Shown one piece after another: positions 20,620 to 31,889 of a stretch of DNA of 64,000 bases; position 1 is the first letter of the stretch, and each line of letters begins with the position of its first letter. This DNA comes from an uncultured Chloroflexia bacterium (GTDB lineage: Bacteria; Chloroflexota; Anaerolineae; CG2-30-64-16). Below the pieces are notes generated by a model. That model saw only the letters and a program-made list of their open reading frames with translations. It made no database searches and was not told where the DNA came from. A program made the position numbers and the translations under genes. The stretch covers positions 224,001 to 288,000 of the forward strand of contig CAWEMM010000009.1 of NCBI GenBank assembly GCA_963810095.1. Direction: 5' to 3'.

Positions 20620-23600
20620 ATGGGTGACCCTGCAGAGAGGGCGGTCGCCATCGTCGGCCTCGGCGCGATGATGCCCGACGCCGGCGATGCGCGTGCCTTC
20701 TGGACCAACATCACGCAGAAGCGCTACAGCATCACCGAGGTGCCTCCTGAGCGGTGGCGCGTCTCCGACTATTATGACCCCGACCCCGCAGCGCCGGACA
20801 AGACTTATTCGAAAATCGGGGCATGGGTGCGCGGGTTCGAGTTCGATTGGAAGCAGCACCGGATTCCGCCCAAGGTCGCGGCTGCCATGGACGAGGGTCA
20901 GCAGTGGGCAGTTACCATCGCCGCGCAGGCTCTGACCGACTACGGGTATCCTAATCGCCCGCTGGACACCGACCGCACCGGCGTCATCCTTGGCAATGCG
21001 ATCGGCGGCGAGCAGCACTACATAACGACTCTTCGGGTCATGTCGCCCGAACTCGTGCGCCTGCTCGACGACGTCGAGTCCTTCCGTGCACTTCCGGAAG
21101 CCACTCGCCAACGCGTCCTGTCCGAATGGCGCCGGGCCATCGGGCAGGCATTTCCCGAGATCACCGAAGACACCATGCCGGGCGAGCTGCCCAACATCAT
21201 TGCGGGCCGTGTCGCCAACGTGCTTAACCTCCGCGGCCCCAGCTTCATCGCCGACGCAGCCTGCGCCTCGTCCTTCGCGGCGATCGCCTCCGCGGTCGAG
21301 TTGCTGGCCGAAGGCCGCTGCGATGCGGTGATAGCCGGAGGTGTCGATCGCAACATGGGACCGTCGACCTTCGTCAAGTTCTGCAAGATCGGCGCGCTGA
21401 GTGCGACCGGCACCCGGCCCTTTGGCGACGGCGCAGATGGCTTCGTGATGGGCGAGGGTGCGGGTGCGTTCCTCTTGAAACGGTTGTCCGACGCGGAAGC
21501 GGCCGGCGACACGATCTACGCGGTCATCCGCGGCATCGGCGCGTCCTCGGATGGTAAGGGGAAAGGCATTACCGCGCCCAACCCCGTGGGCCAGATGCTG
21601 GCCGCCCGCCGGGCGTGGGAGAATGCAGGCCTCGACCCCGCCACCGCAACGCTTCTCGAAGCACACGGCACGAGCACGCGCGTCGGCGACGTGACCGAGG
21701 TCGAGAGCCTCAGCCAGGTCTTCGGCCACGCTCCGAAGGGCGCGATCGCGCTCGGCTCGGTCAAGAGCAACATCGGGCATCTGAAGGCCGGCGCGGGCGC
21801 GGCTGGGCTTCTCAAGACCGTCTGGGCGATGCATGAGAAGCTGCTGCCGCCCACGCTCAATGCCCGGCCGTCCAATCCGAAGGTGGACTTCTCGCAGACC
21901 CCGTTCGAGCTCAATCACGAGCTCCGTGAATGGCCCGCCGCTGGCGGCCAAACCCGGCGGGCCGGGGTCAGCGCGTATGGCTTCGGCGGTACGAATTTTC
22001 ACCTGGTGCTTGAAGAGCACGTGCCGGGCATGCTGGCGGGCAATGGGCGAAAGGTGCACGCCGTCGCCGCGCCCGAACAGGTGCCGGCGCCGCGGATGGC
22101 CGCAGCGACTGAGCGGGCGCCGGTGCCAGCCGGTGCGCCTACCGGTTCAGAGCAACCCCTGCCCCGCGCTCCCCTCGCCCGCCCCGCGCCCCTCCAGGGC
22201 ATCCTGGCGCTCTCGGCAGATGATCCTCAGGCGCTCAGCGCGAAGGTGGAAGCGACGCTGGCACGGGTTGCGAACGGCTGGTGCCCGCCGCTCCAACTCC
22301 CCGCGGCGGCCGACGTGGCCGGTGCGGAGCGCCTGGTGATCGATTTTGCCGGCCGCCAGGAGCTCGAAGAGCGGCTCGTGAAGGCGCGGAAGGCCATTTC
22401 CCTCGGCACGCCGGCCGCCTGGAAGCCGCTGGCTTCCCAAGGGGTGTACCGGGGCAGCGGGCCGATGCCCGGCAAGATCGCATTCCTCTTCCCCGGGCAG
22501 GGCAGCCAGACGCTGAACATGGCGCGCAAGATCGCCGGCGTCGCACCCAGCGTGGCCGCGATGTTCTCAGAAGCGGACGGCATCATGCAGCCCATCCTCG
22601 GCCGGCCGCTGAGCAAGTTCGTCTGGGTCGACGCGACCGAGCCGGACGACGTCAAGCGGGCCGAGGACGAGCTTCGCCAAACGGCCATCACCCAGCCCGC
22701 GATGCTGACGGTCGACGCCGCGCTGCAGCGGCTGCTTGCGGATTACGGCTTCCGTCCCGACTACCTCATGGGTCACTCATTGGGCGAATACGCCGCGCTG
22801 GTGGCCTCGGGCGTCATGCCCTTCGCGCACGCACTGGAGGCCACTGCCGCCCGCGGCCAGGAGATGACGCGGGTCAGCGTGAACGATCCGGGTTGGATGG
22901 CCGCCGTCATCGGTCCCTATGAAAAAGTTGCTCAGGTGCTCAAGGAAATCGACGGCTACGTCGTCGCCGCCAACCTCAACAGCCACAACCAGACGGTGAT
23001 TGGCGGAGCAACCGAGGCAGTCAAGAAGGCGATCGAGCGATTCAATAAGTCCGGGCTCAAAGCGATGCGCATCCCGGTCAGCCACGCGTTTCACACGCAG
23101 ATCGTCGCCTCCGCTGCCCGACCGCTGCGCCAGGTGCTCGACCGGCTCAGTTTCAGCTCGCCCCAAATCCCGGTCATTGCCAACGTCACGGGCGAGTTGT
23201 ACCCCTCCGACCCGCAGCACGTCAAGGACTACCTGGAACGCCAGATTGCCTCGCCGGTACAGTGGGCCAAGGGGCTGGAAACGCTTTATGGCTTGGGCGT
23301 GCGCGTCTTCATGGAAGTGGGGCCCAAGAAGGTGCTGAAGGGGTTTGTGGACAACGTGCTGGCGGGCCGTCCCGACCTCGTCTCGCTTTTCACCAATCAC
23401 CCGGACTTCGGCGAGATTGCGATGTTCAACCAGGCGATCTGCGGCCTGTACGCGGCCGGCTATACGCCGTCCGAAGCCCCCGGCGTCGCGGTCCCCGTCG
23501 TCGCCCACGCTCCCGTTCCCGACCCGACGCTCTCGGCCCTCGGGAAAAATCCGGACAACGGTGCGGTGCGCCCGCTGTCCACACCCGTTCATACGGCGAC

Positions 23601-26600
23601 CCCGGCCGTCGCCAATTTCGAGGAATCTATGGCAGCCACCCCATCCTCCGAATCGCTTACCGCGCTCGCCCAGGTCCTGGCCCAGGCACTTCAGTCTGTA
23701 CCGGCCAACGCGCAAGCTGCGCCTCGTACGCCCGACCGTAACGACGTCCCGCTCGGCTCGGTCGTCATTTCCGGCGCCGGCCTCGGTTTGCCGGGCACGC
23801 GGCAAGCGCTTTATGGACCCCGACAATGCGCTGCGTATCCTGCGCGGCGAGCAGTTCATCGAGCTGTTGCCCGAGAGCGCGCGTGAAGCGATGGTGGGCA
23901 AGCGCATTACCCGGCTGGTGAAGGCCGAGGATGGCAGCGGCAGCTTCGAGACGATCGAAAACACGGCCGACGTGATCAAGTTGGCCGGGCAGCCGGGGCA
24001 GTTCGACCTGGCCGAGGAATTCGGCGTCCCAGAAAAGCTGGTCGAGGCACTGGACCTTGCGTCGCAGATCGCCATGGCCGCGGGCCTCGACGCTCTCCGT
24101 GAGTCAGGGATCCCGCTCGTGCAGACCTACAAGAAGACGAGCAAGGGCACCTATCTGCCGGATCGCTTCGTGCTGCCCCAGGCGCTGCGCGACGAGACCG
24201 GCGTGATCTTTGCGAGCGCCTTCCCCGGGCTCGATCGCTTTGCCGAGGAGTTGAAGCGCTATCACCGGTGGGAGGGCAAGGTCCAGCAGTTGGCGGCGCT
24301 GGAGGACTTGCGCGAGTACGCGGCGGCCGACGCCGGCGACGATGCGCTGCTGCGCGAGATCGACCGCCGCATCCATGCGCTGCGGGCCGACATGCAGCGC
24401 GACCCGTATACCTTTGACCGGCGCTTCCTCTTCCGCGTCCTGTCCATGGGACACAGCCAGTTCGCCGAGTTCATCGGCGCACGCGGCCCCAACACCCAGG
24501 TCAACGCCGCGTGCGCAAGCACGGCCCAGGCGGTCGCGTTGGCGGAAGACTGGATCAGGTCGGGTCGCTGCCGCCGCGTCCTCGTCATCGGGGGCGACGC
24601 GACCACCAGCGACAACATGCTCGAGTGGCTCGCGGCGGGCTTCCTGTCGGCGGGCGCGGCCGCGACCGATGACAGGGTGCAGGATGCAGCGCTGCCTTTC
24701 GACCGGCGGCGGCACGGCATGCTGACCGGGATCGGCTCCGTGGCGCTGGTCGTGGAGAGCGAGGACGCGGTGCGCGAGCGTGGGATGCGGGGCATCGCCG
24801 AGGTGCTGGCGACGGAGACGGCCAACAGTGCCTTCCACGGCACCCGCCTCGACGTCGAGCACATCACCCTCGTGATGGAGCGCCTCGTCAGCTCGGCCGA
24901 GCGCCGCTTTGGCATCAATCGCTATGCTGTCGCAGGGCAAACGGTCTTCATGTCGCACGAGACCTTCACGCCGGCCCGGGGCGGCAGCGCGGCCGCGGAG
25001 GTAATGGCCCTACGCAACTGCTTCGGCCCCGCGGCAGATGAGATCGTCGTCGCAAACACCAAGGGTTTCACCGGCCATACAATGGGCGCCGGCGTCGAGG
25101 ATGTGGTGGCGATCAAGGCCCTGGAACACGGCGTAGTGCCGCCTGTCCCCAACTTTAAGGAGCCCGATCCCGAGCTGGGCGCGCTGAACCTGAGCCGAGG
25201 GGGCCGCTATGGCGTCCAGTACGCCCTGCGCCTGGCCGCCGGCTTCGGGTCACAGATCAGCATGACCCTGTGCCGTCGCATTCCCGGCGGCCTTGACCGG
25301 GTCGACAACAAGCCGCGCTACGGGCGCTGGCTGGCCGACGTGAGCGGGTACGACCAGCCCGAACTGGAAGTCGTCCGGCGCACGCTGCGCATCAAGGGCG
25401 AGGGCGCGCCGCAACGCATGCCGGTGGGCAGCGCCTGGCAGTACGGCACCGGTCCAAGCGTGCGTGCGGCGGCCCCCGGCGACACCGGCGGCGCGTTCCG
25501 CCCCATGCCGATGGCGGCCGTAAGGCGAGTCATGGCTGCAGGCCAGGGGGCGCATGCGGTCGAGCTTCCGACAGTCCCGCACCCGGCGCCTGCCCAACCG
25601 GCGGCTCCGCCGAAGCAGGAGGAGCCGGCCCCGGCCGTCGAAGCCGTCCGCGTGGTCGCGCCGGATCTTGGCGCAGAGAACCGGGAGAAACCAGGTCTCT
25701 CCGAGAAACCCGGTTTCGTGCCCGCTGGGGCGGCGCCGGCTGATGCGGTGACGCCGCAGGTGTTGGCGATCGTCGCCGCGAAGACGGGTTACCCGCAGGA
25801 CATGCTCGACCTGGAGCTGGACCTGGAGGCGGACCTGGGCATCGACACGGTGAAGCAGGCGGAGACGCTCGCGGCGATTCGCGAGGCCTTCGGCATCCCG
25901 CTGCAGGAGAACCTGTCGCTGCGCGATTACCCGACGCTGCAAAGCGTGGTGGGGTTCGTCTATAAGTTCCGGCCCGACCTGGCCGCAGGCGAGTTGGAAC
26001 GCGAAGACGCTAAGGCGCCGGCAAGCGGGCGCAGCGAAGACGCGACGCACGAAGGCCGGCCGATAGAGGCGGTTTCGACCCCCGTTGGGCGCTCGGCGCC
26101 CGCTGTGGCAAAGGCGGCTGATGCGGTGACGCCGCAGGTGCTGGCAATCGTGGCCGACAAGACTGGGTATCCGCAGGACATGCTCGACCTGGAGCTGGAC
26201 CTGGAGGCGGACCTGGGCATCGACACGGTGAAGCAGGCGGAGACGCTCGCGGCGATCCGCGAGGCCTTCGGCATCCCGTTGCAGGAGAACCTGTCGCTGC
26301 GCGATTACCCGACGCTGCAGAGCGTGGTCGGCTTCGTGTACAAGTTCCGGCCGGACCTGGCGGCAGGAGAGCTGGAACGCGGAGACGCGAAGGCGCCGGC
26401 AAGCGGGCGCCGCGAAGATGCGAAGCACGAAGGTCGCGAAGGCCGGTCGATGGAAGTAGTCTCGGCCCCCGTTGAGCCCGCTGCGCCCGCTGTGGCAAAG
26501 CCGGCTGATGTGGTGACGCCGCAGGTGCTGGCGATTGTAGCGGACAAGACCGGCTACCCGCAGGACATGCTCGACCTGGAGCTGGACCTCGAGGCGGACC

Positions 26601-29376
26601 TGGGCATCGACACGGTGAAGCAGGCGGAGATGTTCGCGGTCGATTCGCGAGGCCTTTGGCATTCCGCTACAGGAGAACCTGTCGCTGCGCGATTACCCGA
26701 CGCTGCAAAGCGTGGTCGGCTTTGTGTACAAGTTCCGGCCGGACCTTGCTGCAAAAACCGCAGCGGGCGATGGGACCAGAGCTGAGCAGCCCTCGGTACC
26801 TCTCGTCCCCTCAGTCGCCCCTGATTCCTCTGTGGCAGAGACCGCGGGGCGGCGATATTCGATCGAGGACGCAAACCGGATTCCGCGTCGCGTGCCTGTT
26901 GCCAGCCTGCGGCCCGCGCTGAGCCTCTGCAAGCCAACCGGCGTGGAACTCCGCGCAGGTTCGCGGGTGGTCGTAATGGCCGACGAGGGTGGCGTGGGCA
27001 AAGCGCTGGAAGCGCGCTTGCGTAAGCTGGGCGTCACTGTCCTCGGGCTCGAACCCGGCATTCCGACGGCCGATCTCGAAGGCCGGCTCAAGGCGTGGCT
27101 GGCCGAGGGGCCGGTGCAGGGGGTCTACTGGCTGCCCGCACTCGACGTCGAACCTGGCCTCGATAAGCTTGATTTGGCGGGATGGCGGGAGGTGAACCGC
27201 CGCCGCGTGAAGAACCTGTATGCCGCCATGCGAGCGCTGTACGACTCGGTCGCCGGCTCGGGCGCATTCCTGGTCTCAGCGACCCGGCTCGGCGGCCTGC
27301 ACGGCTATGGGCCGGGCGGCGCGAGTGCACCTGCCGGCGGCGGCGTTTCGGGCTTCACGAAAGCCTACGCCATGGAGCAGGGGCTGCGCGAGGGCAAGCG
27401 GCTGACCGTGAAGGTCGTCGACTTCGAGCAGGGCGCCAAGCCCACCGACGCGGCCTCGATGCTGGTCGAAGAGACCTTATACGACCCCGGCGTGATCGAG
27501 GTCGGGCGGCACGGTAGCATGCGCTATTCGGTCACGCTGCAGGAGCGCCCCGCACAACACGGCGGCCCCGGCTTGCAACTGGGACCCGGCACCGTGTTTC
27601 TCGTTACCGGCGCGGCGGGCGGCATCACCAGCGAGATCGTGGCCGACCTCGCGGCTGCCAGCCAGGGCGTCTTCTACCTGCTGGACCTGGCAGCACTGCC
27701 CCCGCGGGACGACGGGCACGTGGCGGCTTTCCGCAAGGGGCGCGATGCGCTGAAGGCGGTGCTGATCGAAGAGGCGCGCAGCCGCAGCAACAAGCCCACC
27801 CCGGCAGCTATCGACAAGCAGATTGCCGCAACCGAGCGGTCCGAGGCGGCGCTGCGCGCAGTGGAAGCGGTCGAAGCGGCAGGCGGCACGGCGCACTATC
27901 ACAGCGTCGACCTTCGGGAGGCCGAGGCGTGTGCGGCCGTCATCTCCGACGTCCGGCAGCGCTACGGCCGGCTCGACGTGTTCGTCCATGCGGCCGGCTT
28001 GCTCGTGGACCGCACGCTGCCCAACAAGGAGCCCGCCCAGTTCGATCTCGTCTTCGATGTCAAGGCGGACGGTTGGTTCAATCTGATGTCGGCTGCCGCC
28101 GATCTGCCCATCTGCGCGGCGGTCGCATTCAGCTCCGTGGCGGGGCGGTTCGGCAACAACGGCCAGACGGACTACTCGGCCGCAAACGATCTCTTGTGCA
28201 AGCTGAGCAGCGGCCTGGCCCGCAGCCGGCCCGGGGCCCGGGGCATCGCCATCGACTGGACCGCGTGGGGTGGAATCGGCATGGCTTCCCGGGGTTCCGT
28301 GCCGCAGATCATGGAGGCGCTCGGCGTCGACATGCTCCCGCCTGAGTGCGGCGTGCCGACCGTGCGTCGGGAGCTGATCAGCGGGAACGCTGCGGGTGAG
28401 GTGGTGGTTGCGGGGCGGTTGGGCGCGTGGCTGGAAGAGCGCGACCCCAGCGGGGGGCTCGACGCCGAAAAGGCGGGCGCGTTCCTGGCAAGCCGCCAAC
28501 CGCGCCTGCCAATGGTGGAAAAGATCGTCGCGTGCAAGCTGTACGGCGGCGTGGAGATCGAGACGACGTTGGACCCGAGGGAGCAGCCCTTCCTTTTCGA
28601 CCATGCGCCCGACCCCGAGACGCCCTGGCTGCCCGGCGTGATGGCGACGGAAGCGTTGGCCGAGGCTGCAGTCGTGCTCGCGCCCGGGTATCACGTGGCC
28701 GCAGTCGAAAACGTGCAGATGCTCGGTGCGTTCAAGTTCTTCCGGATGGAGCCGCGCACGCTGTACCTCAGCGCGGTGGTCACGGCGGGCGGCGGTGGAG
28801 AGCTAGTGGCTCGGGCGACGCTGCGCTCGATCACCCGGCCGGCGAAAGACAACGTGCCGCCGCAGGTCAAGGAGCACTTCGTCGCCGACGTGCGGCTGCA
28901 GCGCAACGCACCCTCGGTCGACAAGGTGACGTTTGAGCCGCCCGCGAAATCCCTGCTCGACACGGGACGAGAGGAAATCTACAAGCTTTTCTTCCACGGC
29001 CCCGCTTACCAGGTGCTGGAATCCGCCGGGGTGCGGAAGGTAGAGGCGGTCGGCGTACTCCCCCGGCAGCTGCCGCCCGATCTCAGTCACAAAGAGCCGA
29101 ACGGCCATGCGATCCTGATGGCGCCCGCGGCTGATCGAGTCCATGTTCCAGGCGGCCGCGTTCTGGAACGTGCGGCAGAAGGGCGCAATGGCCTTCCCGC
29201 TCGGCGTCGGCTCGGTCACGACCTATCGCGACCCCGCCACGGCCAACGGCAAGCGGCTGTATGCCGTCGTAAGCACCTCAGACCAGGGGCAAACCTTCGA
29301 CGGCCGGGTGGTCGACGAAGAAGGCGAGGTGTACGTGGAACTGCGTGGCTACCGGACCGTGGCCCGGCCGGCCTAA
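20620..29376 (+). CDS. Iterative type I PKS/FAS, KS-AT-KS-ACP-ACP-ACP-KR-DH (frameshifts ~23800, 26640, ~29128)
   Basis: KS1: DAACASS/EAHGT/NIGHL. AT: GHSLG/HAFH. KS2: NAACAS/SHET/FTGHT. Three ACPs with [10 protein letters not shown]: [18 protein letters not shown]: [19 protein letters not shown]. Spans four ORFs joined by single-base shifts. Confidence 0.9.
25740..26750 (+). repeat. Three near-identical ~240-bp ACP-coding direct repeats
   Basis: [42 protein letters not shown]...YKFRPDLAA at ~25740, ~26118 and ~26505. Confidence 0.95.
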
Positions 29377-29386
29377 GCAACCAAAC

Positions 29387-29589
29387 TGAAATGGGACACT
29401 GATACAACTGAGTGAACTGATCCACACTGACCTTTTGAACCTGTCGCCAGGCGAAAATGCTCTGGCCGGTCTCCGACCGAGCCAGGGGGCACGGTCAGAG
29501 ACCGGCCCCAGCCAACATTTTCACGCTGCGACTCGTTTGGTAAAGATCGTGATAATCAGTCGAATCCGTCCAATCAGTGTCCCATTTCA
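29387..29589. mobile_element. MITE-like element with perfect 17-bp terminal inverted repeats and a nested REP-like hairpin
   Basis: TGAAATGGGACACTGAT...ATCAGTGTCCCATTTCA. Internal GGCCGGTCTCCGACCGAGCC/GGCACGGTCAGAGACCGGCC at 29464-29507. Extra half-copy at 29630-29664. Confidence 0.65.
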
Positions 29590-29667
29590 CCCCTCGTTGT
29601 CCAGCAGCGCAGGGCGAAGGTCTAAAACCGAAATGGCACGCTGATACAACTGATTGAACCGATCTGC

Positions 29668-29676
29668 TGGTACAAT
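29668..29676 (+). promoter_or_regulatory. Extended -10 promoter (TGgTACAAT), probably leaderless
   Basis: Ends 6 nt before the ATG at 29683, with no SD. Confidence 0.6.
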
Positions 29677-29682
29677 CCTCGT

Positions 29683-30396
29683 ATGTATCCTTCACCCGAC
29701 CCGCGCATCTTCTGCCTGCTCCAGTCCACCTCCGCGCATCCCGGGCTCGCCGCCGCCGAGCCCCCGCCCGGTCTGCTTTCGGCGGCCGAGCAGGCCCGCT
29801 GCGAGAAGTTCGCGGTGCCAAAGCGCCGTCGTGACTGGCTGCTGGGACGCTGGACCGCCAAACACCTCGTCCGGGCATACCTTGCCGAAGCTCGAGATAG
29901 GCTAGTTCCGCTGGACGAGATCGAGGTTCTCGCCGGCGACGACGGCGCGCCCTACGTCCAGGTGGGCGAGCCGCTCCCGCTCAGTCTCTCCATCAGCCAC
30001 AGCGGAGTCGAGAGCTTCTGTGCGGTGTGCCGGGCAAAGGACGGGCACGTTGGTGCGGATATCGAGCAGGTCGAGCCGCGCGAAACCGGCTTGGTGCATA
30101 CCTTCTTCACCCCTGCCGAGATCGCAGTGGTCGACGCGGCCGTGGCCTCCGAGCGCGACGCGTACATTACCGCGATCTGGAGTGCGAAGGAAGCGGTGCT
30201 GAAGACGCTGCGCCTCGGCCTGCGCGCCGACACCCGGCAGGTCGAGGTCGCCATCTCACGGCTCAGCCCAGAGTGGCGTGCATTCTCCGTGGTCGTCGAC
30301 TCAAGGCTCCTTCCCTCGCCCGTGTCGGCTGTCGCCGGCTGGTCTCGCATCGATCCCCGCCGCGTCCTCTCACTCGCCATGCTCGCCCTCGGCTAA
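29683..30396 (+). CDS. Sfp-type 4'-phosphopantetheinyl transferase
   Basis: RRRDWLLGRWTAK, GAP, SISHS, GADIEQVE, WSAKEAVLK. Confidence 0.93.
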   Translation: MYPSPDPRIFCLLQSTSAHPGLAAAEPPPGLLSAAEQARCEKFAVPKRRRDWLLGRWTAKHLVRAYLAEARDRLVPLDEIEVLAGDDGAPYVQVGEPLPLSLSISHSGVESFCAVCRAKDGHVGADIEQVEPRETGLVHTFFTPAEIAVVDAAVASERDAYITAIWSAKEAVLKTLRLGLRADTRQVEVAISRLSPEWRAFSVVVDSRLLPSPVSAVAGWSRIDPRRVLSLAMLALG

Positions 30397-30522
30397 CCCG
30401 GCCCCAATTCGCCCATCGCTCCCCGCCCGTTCCACCGGCCGGCTGCAGCATCATGTGCGTTTCCTCCCTGCCTTCGCGCCGCGGTTCCCCGTTTTGTTCC
30501 GAACGAGTTTTGAAACTCCTTC

Positions 30523-30577
30523 TACAAACCCCTTGACAACATTATACAAACATGATATATATGTCCAAGGTTTGTAT
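30523..30577 (+). promoter_or_regulatory. Sigma70-type promoter with overlapping operator-like repeats
   Basis: TTGACA at 30533, 17-bp spacer, TATATA. TACAAAC occurs twice and inverted GTTTGTA once. Confidence 0.55.
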
Positions 30578-30617
30578 CGACAAGCAATCGTCGCAGCGCA
30601 AGTGGAGGAGCAAAGGC

Positions 30618-31772
30618 ATGGGTTTCTACCTCGCCCTGAAAGAAATCTGGCGCACCCGGGGGCGCTTCATCCTGTTCAGCATGGTCATCGCACTGATCAC
30701 GATGCTGGTTCTGTTCGTCGCCGCCCTCGCCGAGGGCTTGGGCTCGGGCAACCGGGAATACATCCAGAAGCTCAACGCGGACCTGATCGTCTACCAGTCG
30801 AAGACGGACCTGAGCGCCGGTGCAAGCCGGATCGGGACCTCCAAGCTCAACGAGATCCGCCGGGTGGACGGCGTTTCGGCCGTGGGGCCCATTGGCGTCG
30901 CCAGCGTGACCCTGACCCGAAACGGCGAGAAGGTGCTCAATGTGGCGCTGGTCGGCGTCGAGCCTGGCATGCCGGGCGAGCCGCCCGCGCTGCAGGGGCA
31001 GGGCCTGGGCAGCCGCCGGGCGCGTGAGGCGGTTTTGGACCGCAACGTGGCACTGCGGGCCAAGGTCGGCGTGGGCGACGTGATCACGATCAAGTCGATC
31101 CAGGGGACAAACGAGGAATATTACGACCTGAAGGTGGTCGGCATCAGCGACGGCCGCCAGTACAGCCTGCAGCCTTCGGTCATCGTACCCTTCCGCACCT
31201 GGGACGAACTCCGGCCCCAGCCCGCGAAGGGCGGCTCGGGCAACGCCGAACTGGTCGCCAACATCGTTGGCGTGCAGCTGGCGAACCCGCAGGACTGGGA
31301 GGCCATGGCGCAACGCATCCAGAACGAGGTGTCCGACGTGCAGGTGGTCGACCGGGTGACGGCGTACCAGGCGACGCCGGGCTACAGCGCCCAGCAGAGC
31401 ACGCTCGACACGCAGCGCTACTTTGCCCTGTTGATCGGCATCCTGGTCATCGGCGGCTTCTTCCAGATCCTGACGCTGCAGAAGGTAGCGCAGATCGGCA
31501 TGCTGAAGGCCATCGGCGCCTCCAACCGGGTGGTCGGCACTGCGGCGATCATCCAGATCATTGCGGTCACGGTCATGGGTGTGGCCCTGGGCGCGGCCTT
31601 CTCGCTGGCCCTGTCGCTCGGCTTTCCGCCCACTGTGCCGATCATCTTCTCGCCCGCGGCGGTCTCTGCAGCTGTGCTCTCGCTGCTCCTGATCGGCCCC
31701 ATCGGCGGCCTGGTCTCGGTTCGCTACTCGCTGAAGGTCGAGCCGCTCACGGCTCTGGGCCTCGCGCAATGA
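30618..31772 (+). CDS. ABC transporter permease (FtsX/MacB-type)
   Basis: N-terminal TM, large extracytoplasmic domain, QIGMLKAIGAS, three C-terminal TMs. Confidence 0.92.
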   Translation: MGFYLALKEIWRTRGRFILFSMVIALITMLVLFVAALAEGLGSGNREYIQKLNADLIVYQSKTDLSAGASRIGTSKLNEIRRVDGVSAVGPIGVASVTLTRNGEKVLNVALVGVEPGMPGEPPALQGQGLGSRRAREAVLDRNVALRAKVGVGDVITIKSIQGTNEEYYDLKVVGISDGRQYSLQPSVIVPFRTWDELRPQPAKGGSGNAELVANIVGVQLANPQDWEAMAQRIQNEVSDVQVVDRVTAYQATPGYSAQQSTLDTQRYFALLIGILVIGGFFQILTLQKVAQIGMLKAIGASNRVVGTAAIIQIIAVTVMGVALGAAFSLALSLGFPPTVPIIFSPAAVSAAVLSLLLIGPIGGLVSVRYSLKVEPLTALGLAQ

Positions 31773-31778
31773 CATCGG

Positions 31779-31869
31779 AATTGGATGCAGATTGAACGGG
31801 TGGAGCGGATTCCGAAGGTTTATCTGAGACAACTCAACGCCGGTCAATGAGTCCGATCGGCGTCCCAGT
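31779..31869. repeat. Degenerate copy of the GGGACACTGAT inverted-repeat element
   Basis: ttggatgcagattgaacgg...tccgatcggcgtcccag between permease and ATPase genes. Confidence 0.45.
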
Positions 31870-31889
31870 GGGGAATTGTGGAGTAAAGA

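Noticed and set aside
25740-26750. Triplicated 240-bp segment as an assembly artefact
   Set aside because: The copies differ at synonymous sites and have distinct linkers. Tandem ACPs are normal in iterative synthases.
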